This document shows positions 49,516 to 61,299 of a DNA stretch of 64,000 nucleotides, piece by piece. The translations under genes were made by a program, and so were the position numbers. Positions within the stretch are counted from its first letter, which is position 1; each line of letters begins with the position of its first letter. The notes under the pieces were generated by a model. The model had not been told where the DNA came from and did not search any database. It worked only from the letters and a program-made list of their open reading frames with translations. Location of the stretch: contig JAHRHZ010000009.1 in the NCBI GenBank assembly GCA_024137785.1, forward strand, positions 12,534,406 to 12,598,405. Reading direction: 5' to 3'. The DNA is from Ginglymostoma cirratum. Its lineage: Eukaryota.

Positions 49516-51422
49516 GGGTGGAATCTTGTAGGGGCTTGAGCAACGTGGGCTAAGGTGAGCTCAGTGCCGGAATTAGGCAACAAGTGCTGTGAGGCTCAAC
49601 TTGATATCACTAGCAACTTGCACCATCTTTTACGCTTTTTGCTATCAGCGTAGTAAGATTCTTGCTAAGCATTTGTGAGATGCCAACTGATGGGAATTAA
49701 TGCTTTTAAACGCCTTATGAAAGGTGCTACATCATCTCATTAATATTCAGCCTCCCACCTTACCAAACAAGCGGGACTTCAGGAAAACTTGACAAGGAAA
49801 CCAGGATGAGAACCTGGTGGATTCAGATGACTGCCTGCTCTGAACAACCTCTGTGTTGGAAACCGGGCACCACCATCGCAGGTAAAGCATCATAATTACA
49901 TTAGTCTATTATTAGCTATGTTATGTATCTTTCCATCATATTTTAATGATCGATACACACCACACATATACCCCTCTTTTGGACCTCAACTGTGCCAATT
50001 TTTGTCTCATTTTAAAATACTCTAAAAGTATTCAACTTCTTCAGATTTATGGTTTGTAATTAATTTATTAACAATTGCTGTTTGGCCACCAACCACACGT
50101 ACTCCATGTCCATAGATATCAGCATTCGACACAGGGCTCTAATACCGGTCATGGCACATCTCCAATCCACTTACAGAATGCTTTTGCATGTCAATTCTGC
50201 TCTGGCGACTATCATTTTAACACTGCAGCAAGGAGACCGTGTGCTTGGAGACATGCAACCAGCTTAAGGATAGGACCCTGCTGCATTCTGGGTTCTTTAC
50301 TGACTGTCACTGCGCTCACTCGCTTTGACCTGATGTGGATACTCACAGCTTCCCTCCATAGCATTGCTTTATCTTGTCTTTTTGCACGTTACCCCTCAGC
50401 CAGCGATATCAAGCTCATATAACTGCTATCTTGCTTTTCAACTTACTACTAAGCCAAGGACAGGAAGCTGGTCATCGCTGTAAACCGTACTCAGTCAAGT
50501 CGAGGGGTTAGCGTTTATTCAGGGGTTCCTGGCACAGTAAATCAATGGCATCTTCCAATACCAGTCCAGGCCTGACTTAAGGCAGTTAAAATCAGGTTCC
50601 TCTCCTTTTACGTGATGAGGAGCCAAATAACAGACAACACACCACCTGGCCTATTGTGGGCTCCTCAAATGAGAGATAGAGGCCAGAGTGGATAGCACAG
50701 ATATTACTGTCTGTGAAGGTGGGGGAGTGTCTCAAGTATGTGAGTAAACAGTGCAGAGGCCATGCATGGTCAATGGTGTCAGTGCAAGGAGTGGGTGATG
50801 GCAAGTACAGAAGATGTTAAAGGCAATAGTCAGGGTGGTGTAGCAGGAGTCTTGATTGGAGGTGGGTACAGTAGCAGATACAGAGTAAGCGTCAGATAGC
50901 AGAGAGGAGATAGTGGCACTTACATTGATGTAGTGGAGAAGGACGTTTCCTTTCATCTTACTGTGCTAGGAGTTCTGTGGTCTGATGTCATGGTTCCCAC
51001 CGCTGGTCCTGGGGAAGAGGAAGTCCCACTTGTACACCGCCCATCCATCAGGACATCTAGGACCCTACGCTGGGGGACCAAGTTCCCAATGTCTGCAACA
51101 TCTAAGGCAAATGTCACACCATGCAGAGCAGCTCCAGACTGACAGCACTTGTCTGGGTGCACAATGGATGTTTAAAGATGGTGCGGGTGCAAAGGATACA
51201 CTGGAATTCACCAGCATTCATTTATTGGTGAGTGTTCCAGGAATAGCTTGCGGTAAAATGGTGCAGAAATCAGACATGAAAGTTGCCATACGGGCTGGTG
51301 TTAGGTAATGAATGAGGCAAATTTGTATATTAGGAATACAGCAGCAGGGGTTGGTCATACCCTGGAGTGTATTCAATTTAATAATGTAATGGCTGACTTG
51401 TGACTGAAATCTAAATTCCCAC
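49516..51422. mobile_element. Probable PIF/Harbinger-type DNA transposon remnant inside a minus-strand CR1
   Basis: Ends gggtggaatctt and aaattcccac; frameshifted Myb/SANT-like remnant (LDVLMDG...WDFLFP) near 51.0 kb; CR1 continues on both sides (49000-49515, 51520-51820). Confidence 0.4.
49891..50084 (+). repeat. Local duplication: copy of 51708-51845 followed by copy of 51458-51502
   Basis: Near-identical 138-bp and 45-bp matches. Confidence 0.9.
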
Positions 51423-52255
51423 ATCACTCAATATTTTCTGATAACTAAAATCTGTCATTCAGATTTATGGTTTGTAATTAATTTATTAACAATTGCTGTT
51501 TGTGGAAGAGAGTTCCAAATCTCTTCTACCCTTTGAGTTAGTAGAAGCGCACATATCATTTTTATGCTGCACTCCATCTAAGGTCAATGTATCCGTCCTA
51601 AGCTGTGGTGTTCAGTATTGATGATCATACTCAAAGTATGGTCTCCCTTGGATTTTTAAAGCCTGATTTCTACTGCCCTTGTATTCCAGTTCTCTAAATA
51701 CAAAGACCATAATTACATTAGTCTATTATTGGCTATGTTATGTATTTTTCCATCATATTTTAATGATCAATACACACCACACATATACCCCTCTTTTGGA
51801 CCTCAACTGTGCCAATTTTTATCTCATTTTAAAATACTCTAAAAGCAACTGAGGCAGAATAATTGTCAGTACATATAATACCAACTGTAACAATCATTTT
51901 GTATGTAAATACCTTTCCTCCACTTTCTGAAGGCATGAATGATCTTTCTTGCATTGTCTGAGGCACAAATCCATATTTCTGATAGCAGTCCATCATCCCT
52001 AGCTATCTGAGAAAAGTCTAATATGATTGGAGGCCGCAGGTACTTTTCTAGTTACTCAGTAACAACACACCTAACTTGGAGTTATCCTGCTGAGCTCCAT
52101 GATTGAAGCTGTGATACCACGCAAAGCCTTTACTTGTGTTTAGTACAGGACAGATCTGATGGTACCAGATCAGCAATTATAAATTATAAATACCTTAATC
52201 AGAGACTAAAAAGCTAAATTGCTATCCTTAACAAGAAAATAAAATTTGAACCCAC

Positions 52256-52401
52256 CTTATAGAAGAAATATTGGACAAGTTGGGCGATCCTTATGTAATA
52301 ATAGTGACCATGGACAAGCAGCAACTTCTTCAGATGTTTAAACTTGGGAATACAATAATCACTGTTTCGAGCAGCTTGACGGCCTTCCTTCCCCAAAATA
52401 C
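52256..52401 (-). CDS. ATP11A: ATP11A exon ([48 protein letters not shown])
   Basis: [13 protein letters not shown] and YFFYK (TM5); acceptor ctcaag, donor gtgggt; 146 nt, phase 1-0. Confidence 0.95.
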
Positions 52402-53951
52402 CTTGAGAAACAAAACCTCAGGTCGTCGAACACTCAAAGAATGAAAATAGCCACAACAGAAGTGGATTTTGAAATATGCACATTGTATCTTCATCTGTTT
52501 CCCTCAAAATATCCTTCTCACTGTCCCTTAGGTCTATTTGTGAGTACAGAATTTAGGTAGGTATAACTGGTCAGGATTAGGATCAGAACACCTGCCTGTC
52601 CATGAATTATTGACACTGGCCTTGCTTGCATTCACAGGGCTCAGCTCAGTTACACACAGTTAGGCAGCATAGCAATGTAAAATGTGAAGAATATTCTGGC
52701 AAGAAGTTGAGGAAACATGTTGCTTCAGGATTCAAATGTAAAAGCTCCTTAGGAGAAGCCAGCAGGTAAGTAATTTGTCTTACAATATTGCTCAGCATGT
52801 TATATATCATTTGCATACACCTCAGTTATGTTCAAGAGAATATTGAAATTTTTCCATGCACTGTTAATTCCATGGAAGCCCTTTTTAAAATGTGTCAGAC
52901 GGCTCAACTCATGTTCCAACACAAAATCACAGATTGCTGGGGCTAAATACAGTAGATGCAGAGAGATTTTTTATCCTTGTGGGGAAATCTATGACCCAAT
53001 GGGTACAATCTCAGAATATATGGGTATGCATTTAAGGCAGAGGTGACAATGAATCTCTTCAGAGGGTAGTAAATCTGTGGAATTCGTTACCACAGAGGGC
53101 TATCAATGCTAGGTTGTTAAGTAGATTCAGTGCTGAGATACACATTTTTAATCAGTAAGGGAATCAAAGGTTGAAGGGAAAGGGCAAGAAATTGGATTTG
53201 AGCATAAGATCAATAATGATCTCATTGAATGACTTGACAGGTTAAACAGCCTACTTCTGCCCCTAAATCATATGGTCCTTGTGGTTTTAAAAGATTTTCT
53301 CAACAGGGAGGTCTGTTTTGACAGCTGAAGAAAATTGTTGACTTTCCTTGACTGATAAAATTAAATGGTTACAATGAATTGTTAGACCACTATCTCTTTT
53401 ATCAAGGAAAGGATTTGCAAATGGATGAATTTTCTGAGCAGTTCCACATGTGCCATTGTTACTATATCATTCACTGGTGCTATACATAAAATAAATTTGG
53501 TGAATAGAATGGATCGGTATGGAATGCATTGATATGTATGTGGCATGGGGAGTAGATGAATTGATATGAGTGAGTTGAGGTCTAGACGGCCTTACAACCT
53601 GTAATGCAATTGGGAAAAAGTCCCATAAGACTAAGGCAACCTTTCTAATAGCCAGCCTTAGCAGTCACCCATCCTTGAGACTGCAAATACTCTGGGTCTG
53701 GGGTTAGTAAGCTAAACTCCATTGCATACCTACATCCTGCAGTGAAGATTGGGACATTTTGGGTGACTTTCTGCCAAAACATGTAGTGAGTTAGGAAGTT
53801 TCCCAACTGAAGGTCCCCTCCCTGGAAATAAATTCTGGGCCAAAGTGATTGAACATGGAATAAGCATGAAGTGGCAAAAGAGCCAGTCCATGTCTAAGTT
53901 ATGTTGTTGAAGGTTTTTTGATAAGATCTAAAACATGATGACTACAAGGAC

Positions 53952-54351
53952 ACAGCAGGCCAAGAAGCATCATAGGAGCAGGAAAGCTTGACGTTTCAGG
54001 CCTAGACCCGTCATCAGAAATGGGGGAGGGGAAGAGGGTCCTGAAATAAATAGGGAGAGAGGGGGAGGCGGATAGAAGGTGGATACAGGAGAGGAGAGAT
54101 GGGATGGTCCCCGCCTCTTTGACTTGTCTGTCTCCTCTCCACTTATCCTCTCCTGTATCCATCTTCTATCCGCCTCCCCCTCTCTCCCTATTTATTTCAG
54201 GACCCTCTTCCCCTCCCCCATTTCTGATGAAGGGTCTAGGCCCGAAACGTCAAGCTTTCCTGCTCCTATGATGCTGTTTGGCCTGCTGTGTTCATCCAGC
54301 TCCACACCTTGTTATCTCGGATTCTCCAGCATCTGCAGTACCTATTATCTC
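53952..54351. mobile_element. Inverted PLE family 1 pLTR insertion with 13-bp TSD
   Basis: Arms of about 150 bp; hammerheads at 53990-54017 (-) and 54224-54251 (+); tgactacaaggac at 53939-53951 and 54352-54364. Confidence 0.9.
54224..54251 (+). ncRNA. Minimal type I hammerhead ribozyme motif (consensus-like copy)
   Basis: CTGATGA-A-GGGTC(ta)GGCCC-GAAA-CG-TC; GUC triplet; palindromic ACGT in place of helix III. Confidence 0.75.
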
Positions 54352-54811
54352 TGACTACAAGGACTTCCAGGAGGCATTTGGGAGGTACAATATCAGGAAC
54401 ATTTTCTGATTGTTGAATGAGAGTGGTGTTCCTTCTGGTTTAAGTTCTGGAACTTCAGATTTTCACTATGGATATAGGAGTGTGCAGAATTATCAAGTGA
54501 AGGCTAATGGCCTCCTTCTGTTTCTGCACCACTTCTGATGTAATCAACGTGGTTACAATTTCTATTTGCATTTGGAAGTTGAATGGCTGAAGTAGATTGT
54601 GAGCAATAGTGGGTAATGAGACAAGATATTAACTAAATCACAGACTTACAGATGAGGATCATATTTCAGCCTAAGATCAAAGTCCTATAGATTAAATGGT
54701 TCCTAATTTCTACCTCCACTGAATACTGTGACACAGAGATCCTACCAGGTATTAACCACAAACCAAAATATAAAGATCAAAACATGTTTTAAAATGAATA
54801 GTTAATTTTAC

Positions 54812-54914
54812 CGATTCCAACATGGGCTTCCAAAATCATACTGACATCATTCGCCCCATCACCAATTGCCAATGTTATGGGATGTTCTTTTGAAGATTTG
54901 ATTAATTTAACAAT
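54812..54914 (-). CDS. ATP11A: ATP11A exon ([35 protein letters not shown])
   Basis: P4-ATPase GDGAND hinge motif; acceptor ttgcag, donor gtaaaa; 103 nt, phase 0-1. Confidence 0.96.
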
Positions 54915-55493
54915 CTGCAAATCAAGGTTAAAGGAACAAACATGGATTAAAGTTTATGCAAGTTTAATATCCTTCGATCGCATTGCATCACAAAATAATG
55001 TTGAGGACAGGGACTTCGAAATTCCCTTACTTCATGACTCATTCTCCAACACACACCAACCTATGGATCCACAGCCTGTACTGATACTGAAAATATCAGA
55101 AAACATAATAATGGAGTGCTAACTTGGTGGCAAGTGTGGAAAAAGACTCACAGTTAACATTTCAGGTCGACTTTTCATCAGAAATGACTTCTGAACTGAA
55201 ATATTAACACTGTCTCTCTCTCTCTACGTACATGCTGCCAGATCTGCTGAGTATATATAGCACTTCACTTTATTTCCGGATTTCCAGCAAAGACAGCGTT
55301 GTGTTTGCCATAATAATTCTACTTGATATAACAACTTAGCTCCCCTAAAATTTCGGACTTACTGCGAGCAACACCGTGAGCAATTTCATACACATTCAAA
55401 ATGTAAGCTTAAAGTATGTTTTCAAAGAAACAGTCAATGTAATTCAGCAATGACTTAAAATTTATAATAGACAGACAAGTATTCAAGCCTAAC

Positions 55494-55671
55494 CTGTGCT
55501 TTCTGTAAAGGTGCCATTCTGCAGCACAAAACTCCACTACAGTTGCGACATATTTCCAGAAACAGATCTTTGTAATTACTTGAAGAACCATTTTCAGCAG
55601 GTTTCATGATGAGTGAGAGTGTGGTCCCATCAATGATCAAACCATAATCATGAAAATCATGCTGGGAAAAT
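55494..55671 (-). CDS. ATP11A: ATP11A exon (FSQHDFHDYGLIIDGTTLSLIMKPAENGSSSNYKDLFLEICRNCSGVLCCRMAPLQKAQ)
   Basis: LIIDG and CCRMAPLQKA motifs; acceptor tttag, donor gttagg; 178 nt, phase 2-0. Confidence 0.95.
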
Positions 55672-55789
55672 CTAAACAAAGAAATGAAACAATCCTAGTT
55701 TAATTATCCCAAACACTTACAATTTTGTTATGGTTAATAAAACCACAGAATGGCTACAAATCTAAGAGGCCATTTGACCTCTTGTCACA

Positions 55790-56070
55790 GAATCATAGAA
55801 TCCCTACATTCAGCCCAATGGGTCTGTGCCAACCCTCCGAACAGCATGCTATCCAGACCACCCTCCCCCAATCCTATCTCCAAAACCTCACATTTACCAT
55901 GGCCAATCCATCTAACTTCACATCTTTTAGACTGTGGGAGGAACCTGTAATAAGAATAGAATTCCACGTAGACACAGGGAGCACATGCAAACTCCACACA
56001 GTTACCAAAGGCTGGAATCGAACGCAGGTCCCTGGCACAGTGAGGCAGCAGTGCTAACCACCGTTGCACC
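55790..56070 (-). mobile_element. HE1-type SINE
   Basis: Same architecture as the other copies. Confidence 0.85.
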
Positions 56071-56519
56071 CATATATCTGTAATGACCTTCTACAAGAGA
56101 AATTCATCTAGTGTCACTCCCTCACTCTTTCACTGTAGCTCTGCAAAATTTTCCCTTTCAGATACCAATTTCATTTGAAAGGTTATTGAATTTGTCTCCA
56201 TCATACTCTCAGGCTATTTATTCCAGTCCCTAACCACTGTACAAAAGGTTTTTCCACATGTCACCTGGTTATGTTACTGGACAAACAATCCCACCTTGGA
56301 AGTTTGAGAATTTCAAACAGTTTTGAAAAAAAAAAAAAAAAAAAAATCAGTAAATAAAAAGCTGAGATCAATAAAAGTGGTTGTGAAATTATTGGAAATG
56401 CTGTAAAACTGCAACTGATTTACTGAAAGGGAAACTATTATCCTTACACATTGCAGCCTAAACATGACTCCACGCAACACCAATATGGTTCCAAAGTGGC
56501 CTCATAAGCTTCTCAGTTG

Positions 56520-57360
56520 TATAAAGTAACAATAGGAGGAAGAGTAAGCTATTTGGCCCATCAAGACTTCTCTGCTAATCAATAAGATTCTAGCTATTCT
56601 GATTGTACCTTAACATTATTTGCCAGCTTGGGCCCATAACCCTTGATTTCATTTCTGATCAAAAATCGTTCTAACTTAACATTCAACATATCACATAACA
56701 TACTACTGCTCCCAGTAGAAGAGAATTTCAAACATCCTTGGACAGAAGAAACTATTCATCTTGTCTAAAATGGAAGACTCTTATTTTGAAACTGTGCACC
56801 CTTGTTCTAGATTCTCCGCAACGTGAAATATCTGATCCTCATCTACCCTGTCAAAGCCCCTCGGAATCTTATTCATTTCAATAAGATCACCTCTTGCCTT
56901 AACTCCAGTAAGTGTAGGTCCAATGAGTTCAACTTTTCCTCATAAGACAACCTGTTCATCCAGGGCATCAGCCTAGTGAACATTCTCTTAAATACATCCA
57001 ATGCAAGTTTACCCCTCTTTATGCCAAAATAGCAAAACTGTACACAATATGTTAGACTTGATGTTACCAAATATCTGTACTTTTGTAGCAAGATTTCCAT
57101 ATGTTTATACTTAATCTCCATTGCAATAAGGGTCAACGTTCCATAGGTCTTTTTAATTACTGCTGCACCTGCATATTAACTTATGCATGTACAACAATGC
57201 CCATATCCCTCTGCAGTCTCTCTTCATGTAAAGAATATTCTGCTATTCTGCTTTTCTAATCTTTCTGCTAAAGTGGACAACTAGTTTTACTTAAAATAAG
57301 CATAACCCTTTGTAGACACATGTGTCCTCCCCATTTGCTTTCTTTCCTACCTTTGCATCC
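56520..57360 (-). mobile_element. CR1 LINE 3' fragment
   Basis: YCVQF...RMFTRLMPWMNRLSYEEKL remnant. Confidence 0.8.
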
Positions 57361-59989
57361 TGTTAAAACCATTTTCAGTGTTTTATAAGACCTACTGCCA
57401 CCTTCTTAGGAAAACAATGGTCAAAAATAGATGTCAGCCTTGCCATTCATACCATTTTTCTGAGATTCAATCTTAAAAATGCTTCAATTCGAAACAATTT
57501 GCAAAGGAACAAAATATGTTGAACTGGACTATGATTGAGAGATTGGACCAACACAGCGATCATCATAAATATATAATTTGGAGACGGGGTAAGACTTAGG
57601 ATATAAAAAACATTCTTGAATTGGTGAGTAGGAACAGGAATTAAAGTAAGCTCAGAAATAGTCACTGTAAAGAGAGAAAATTTCTAACAAATGTGTGGAA
57701 TAATATGTAGAATCATTTACTTTTAACAAGTTACACAGATCAATAAATGGAGACTACAGCATGAAAGGAATAGAAAAGCAACTCAATGTCCAAAGCATGT
57801 CATGTTTCATCGTAATACATTGTACTTTTTGTCTTGCATATAGTTGAAGTGTTGAGCAGGCCTCATTTGGAGTGGTGAGAAAAATTTGGACACATCACTT
57901 CAGGGAGAATATATTACCTTGAGAATGATGGTACACATGGTAAAGGATAGGTTTGGAATATAGTTGCCGGAAATAATTTTTGATCAGCTGATTAATGCAA
58001 TGAAATCCAGAGTACAATGTACATATTTAAAATGAATCGAAAAGTTGGGCCTTGCAGCCCTTCTTCTTTAATTCTTGGAACAACCTCAAAAAAAAGTCAA
58101 GTTATGGTCTTTTTTTTCTTTTTGGGAAACATTTCAAGAAACCTGGTGACTTTTCTACTTTCAAAGTTGTCAGCCCAGAAAACAAAAACAGTAAAACTGT
58201 GGAATGAGACATACTTGCCTGACCCACCTTGTATACTTCAAAAGCCCAATATTACTTGGAAAATAATATACAAGTCATTTTTTTACTTGTTTTACATTTG
58301 GGAAATCTCTTAATATTCCCTTCTTCACTGTCATTCCAATCTTGTACATTCCTCGGCTGCAATACCTGCATTGACTTGCTCTTTTATGAAGACAGTCATC
58401 ATTAAAAATCATCCCCACATCTTCTGCCTCACAGATTACCTTTTCAGTCTCTGAGGAGAAGTTATTAAATAAAAGACAAGCATCACTTTGTGCAATGCAT
58501 TCAAGTCATTCTCTTCTTGAGAACACTGTACTCATCTAATACCAAACAGAGTAGATATAAATTACTAAGGACCAGAATTGATGCACCCTCTAACCAGATA
58601 ATGATGTAGTTTAATCAGCTAAGATTCACTCAAAAGACTCCCGTTAGGAAATGCTTCTTTAAACCTTCAGCTCTCCATCTTTAATACTGTCTTGAAATCC
58701 ACTTCTCAGCCAAGCTTTTAATATATCCTTTTATATTTTTTAAAAGCTTTTAATAGCTGACTTGAGGGAATCATGTAAAAATGTCTCCATAAAAATAGAT
58801 GAGAAATTAGGGGACAGAACATATCAGAAGGTTACAATGCAGAATCAAAAATTTAAAAGGCTGAGATATGCTGGGAAGGAACTGTATAAAGGTATATGGT
58901 TAAAAGACTAAGAAACTGGGGTTGGTACAAAATGAGCTGTCACTGTTACAGCCAAGTAAGCTCTACATAGCAAATCCAACCGGGTATCTGAAGCGGTTTG
59001 TGGAGATAATCAGTAAATAGTTGCATAGAAGTGATCCGTGAAATGAGAACGTCGATGCACTTTAATAAATGTTCCATATTCTCTACAAGACAATTCATGA
59101 AAAAAGAATTAATTTAACTATAAGAAAAATAAGCACAACCTAAGATGCTTTCCAGGTTACAAGAATCAAAGAAAATTTCAGCAAATCCAGGGCCACAATT
59201 GTTCCATTCATATTAAATATGCAATTGTACTCTGAGATTGGGCATTAGCCAATGTTATAGTCTGGGTGACGGAGTTAGTAAGATACACTTGGTAACAAAA
59301 GACTAGTTAGTCTAAAGTCAATTGTCAGTAAACTTTTAGCAATGTATAGTCAAGGTAAAAATTAATGAACATGGAGATATACACGTATCAATCATAGACA
59401 TCCAGCGAGAGTTATAAAATGTGTTTTACACTTAATATATAGTTTGGAACTGATGGATTGCAAAGGCAAGCAGAGAGCAGAAGAATGTGAACAGATTTTC
59501 ACAAGGCTTTTGATGTCACAAGCAACTCGCCATACAGATTCAGGGTCGTGATTCAAGAGGGAAATCAATAACCTGTTTTACAATGACTCTCCAATCAGAA
59601 GAAATGATCTTCCCTTGACAACTTTATCAATACTGTTCAATCTTCTCTTACACTTCTCTGTTTCTGTGCAAGTAGTCCCAGAGTCTCAAGTTGCTCCTCA
59701 TAAAAAGAGCTTCAGATTTCTAGTGAGTATGACACTCTCAAATGTTTTTTGATTCTGAGAATCAGAATTGTACAACTAAAAAGTCTTTAATTTTAGCCTA
59801 ACTAAAATTTAGTACAAATTTCTTACCTCTTCGCTCTGGTATTCCATACCTTAACGTATAATGACTGAAATAAGCCTCATTTAATACAGAACTGAGAAGC
59901 ACAAACTTGCAAGTTGTTTCTTCTGCAATTGCAACATTTAACATTTAGTCACAAATGTAAAGAACTGAAGGATTAACCGAGATGCCCAC

Positions 59990-60241
59990 CCTGAATAAGC
60001 GTCTCTTGGCAAACTACCACTTTGTCTGATAATTGTCCTGTTCAAATCAAAAAGCACATCATGTAAACTCTGCTCTTCTATTCGTTTAGTCGTCAGCTCA
60101 AACAACTGTGTACTTCTTCTGAAAAGTTTGCAGGCATAGCACGTTGCTGCAGCTGTTTCCATCTTGTCTCCTGTAAGAACCCAGACCTTTATTCCAGCTT
60201 TCTGTAAAGCTTCCACAGTCTCAGCAGCTTTGTCTTGCAAT
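59990..60241 (-). CDS. ATP11A: ATP11A exon, P domain (RLQDKAAETVEALQKAGIKVWVLTGDKMETAAATCYACKLFRRSTQLFELTTKRIEEQSLHDVLFDLNRTIIRQSGSLPRDAYSG)
   Basis: P4-ATPase WVLTGDK motif; AAATCYACKLFRR and KRIEEQSLHDVLF match ATP11A rather than ATP11B/C; acceptor ttcag, donor gtgggc; 252 nt, phase 2-2; upstream exons lie outside the window. Confidence 0.95.
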
Positions 60242-60429
60242 CTGAAGAGCAAAAACATTCCACAATATATTACAGTTTGAAAATTCAAAAGTATAGTTTC
60301 AACATTAGCCTACAGTTCGGTTTGTTGGAATTGAAGCAAATAATAACCAAAAATTGAAACAAGCCCCTTCTTGCAGAACATTGAGTGCCTTAATGGATTA
60401 TACACGGTCTCGAACTAATTATGATTGCT

Positions 60430-61085
60430 GGAGGGAGTGAAGGAGAATTTTACAAAGTATATTTTATTTTCCACTAATTACCCTGAACGTTTTTCAATTT
60501 TAATTGCTTCTTTCAGGAGTTGACATTGTTGCTGGGATGGGTGTCACGTCAGGGCACGTTGAAACAGAGTAAGGGATGTATAGATAGAAAACTATATCCA
60601 AGTACAGGAGTCCTGCCCAAGCATATTCCAGAGGCAGCAGCAGGAGATTGGGAGGTGGCAGCTTCAGCAGCAGCAGCAGCAATGATGGCATCACAACCCA
60701 ATGCAGATAGAATGGCCGGTGAAGGGGTCCCCCAGTATCTGCAGCATCAGCGTCGAGAACAGGCAGCTGAGGTCGCCTGAAGAGAAAGCTAAGCAAAGGA
60801 CTCATCAAAGACAGTTGAACTTTTAACTTTATTCCTTGATTTTTCGAGTTTATATCAAAAAGGGCTCTAATGTTAATTATTACCTTATTTCCCTATTTTT
60901 CTACTTATTCTATGGAGGCAATGCTTAACTTTTTAAACTTTGTTTCTTTTATTTCTTTGTACCCAAGTATTTTGTACCAAGATACCTTCGTACCTAAGAT
61001 GGCACTGTGTGTGACATTATACACTTTCATTGTACTTCTGTACTTGAGTATGAGTGACAATTAAATCTAAATCTAAATCTAAAAA
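60430..61085 (+). mobile_element. Retroposon-like insertion ending in (TAAATC)n, Rex1/Babar-like tail
   Basis: 3' end actttcattgtactt...gtgacaattaaatctaaatctaaatct. Confidence 0.4.
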
Positions 61086-61299
61086 AGTGCAATGTAAATA
61101 GAGCACAAAATCAGGAATATGGTACTTCTGGGACTTCAGCAGACAGAGATCTTTCTCTATGCTTTTTTAGCCTCCAATAGTGGTGATTCTTCTTCCATGG
61201 TCTTCAAACTAGGAGGGTGGACTTTTGTATTACTTTAGCTGTGTAAATTAATAACTCATAGATTAATTAAATAAATATGGTTAGCCTAATGTGTTAAGA

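Noticed and set aside
21093-60241. Assignment of the gene to ATP11C or ATP11B
   Set aside because: Core exons and tails A and B match ATP11A-type residues ([34 protein letters not shown])
60500-60808. Ala/Leu-rich ORFs around a short (CAG)n
   Set aside because: Inside a retroposon-like insertion; low complexity; no splice context
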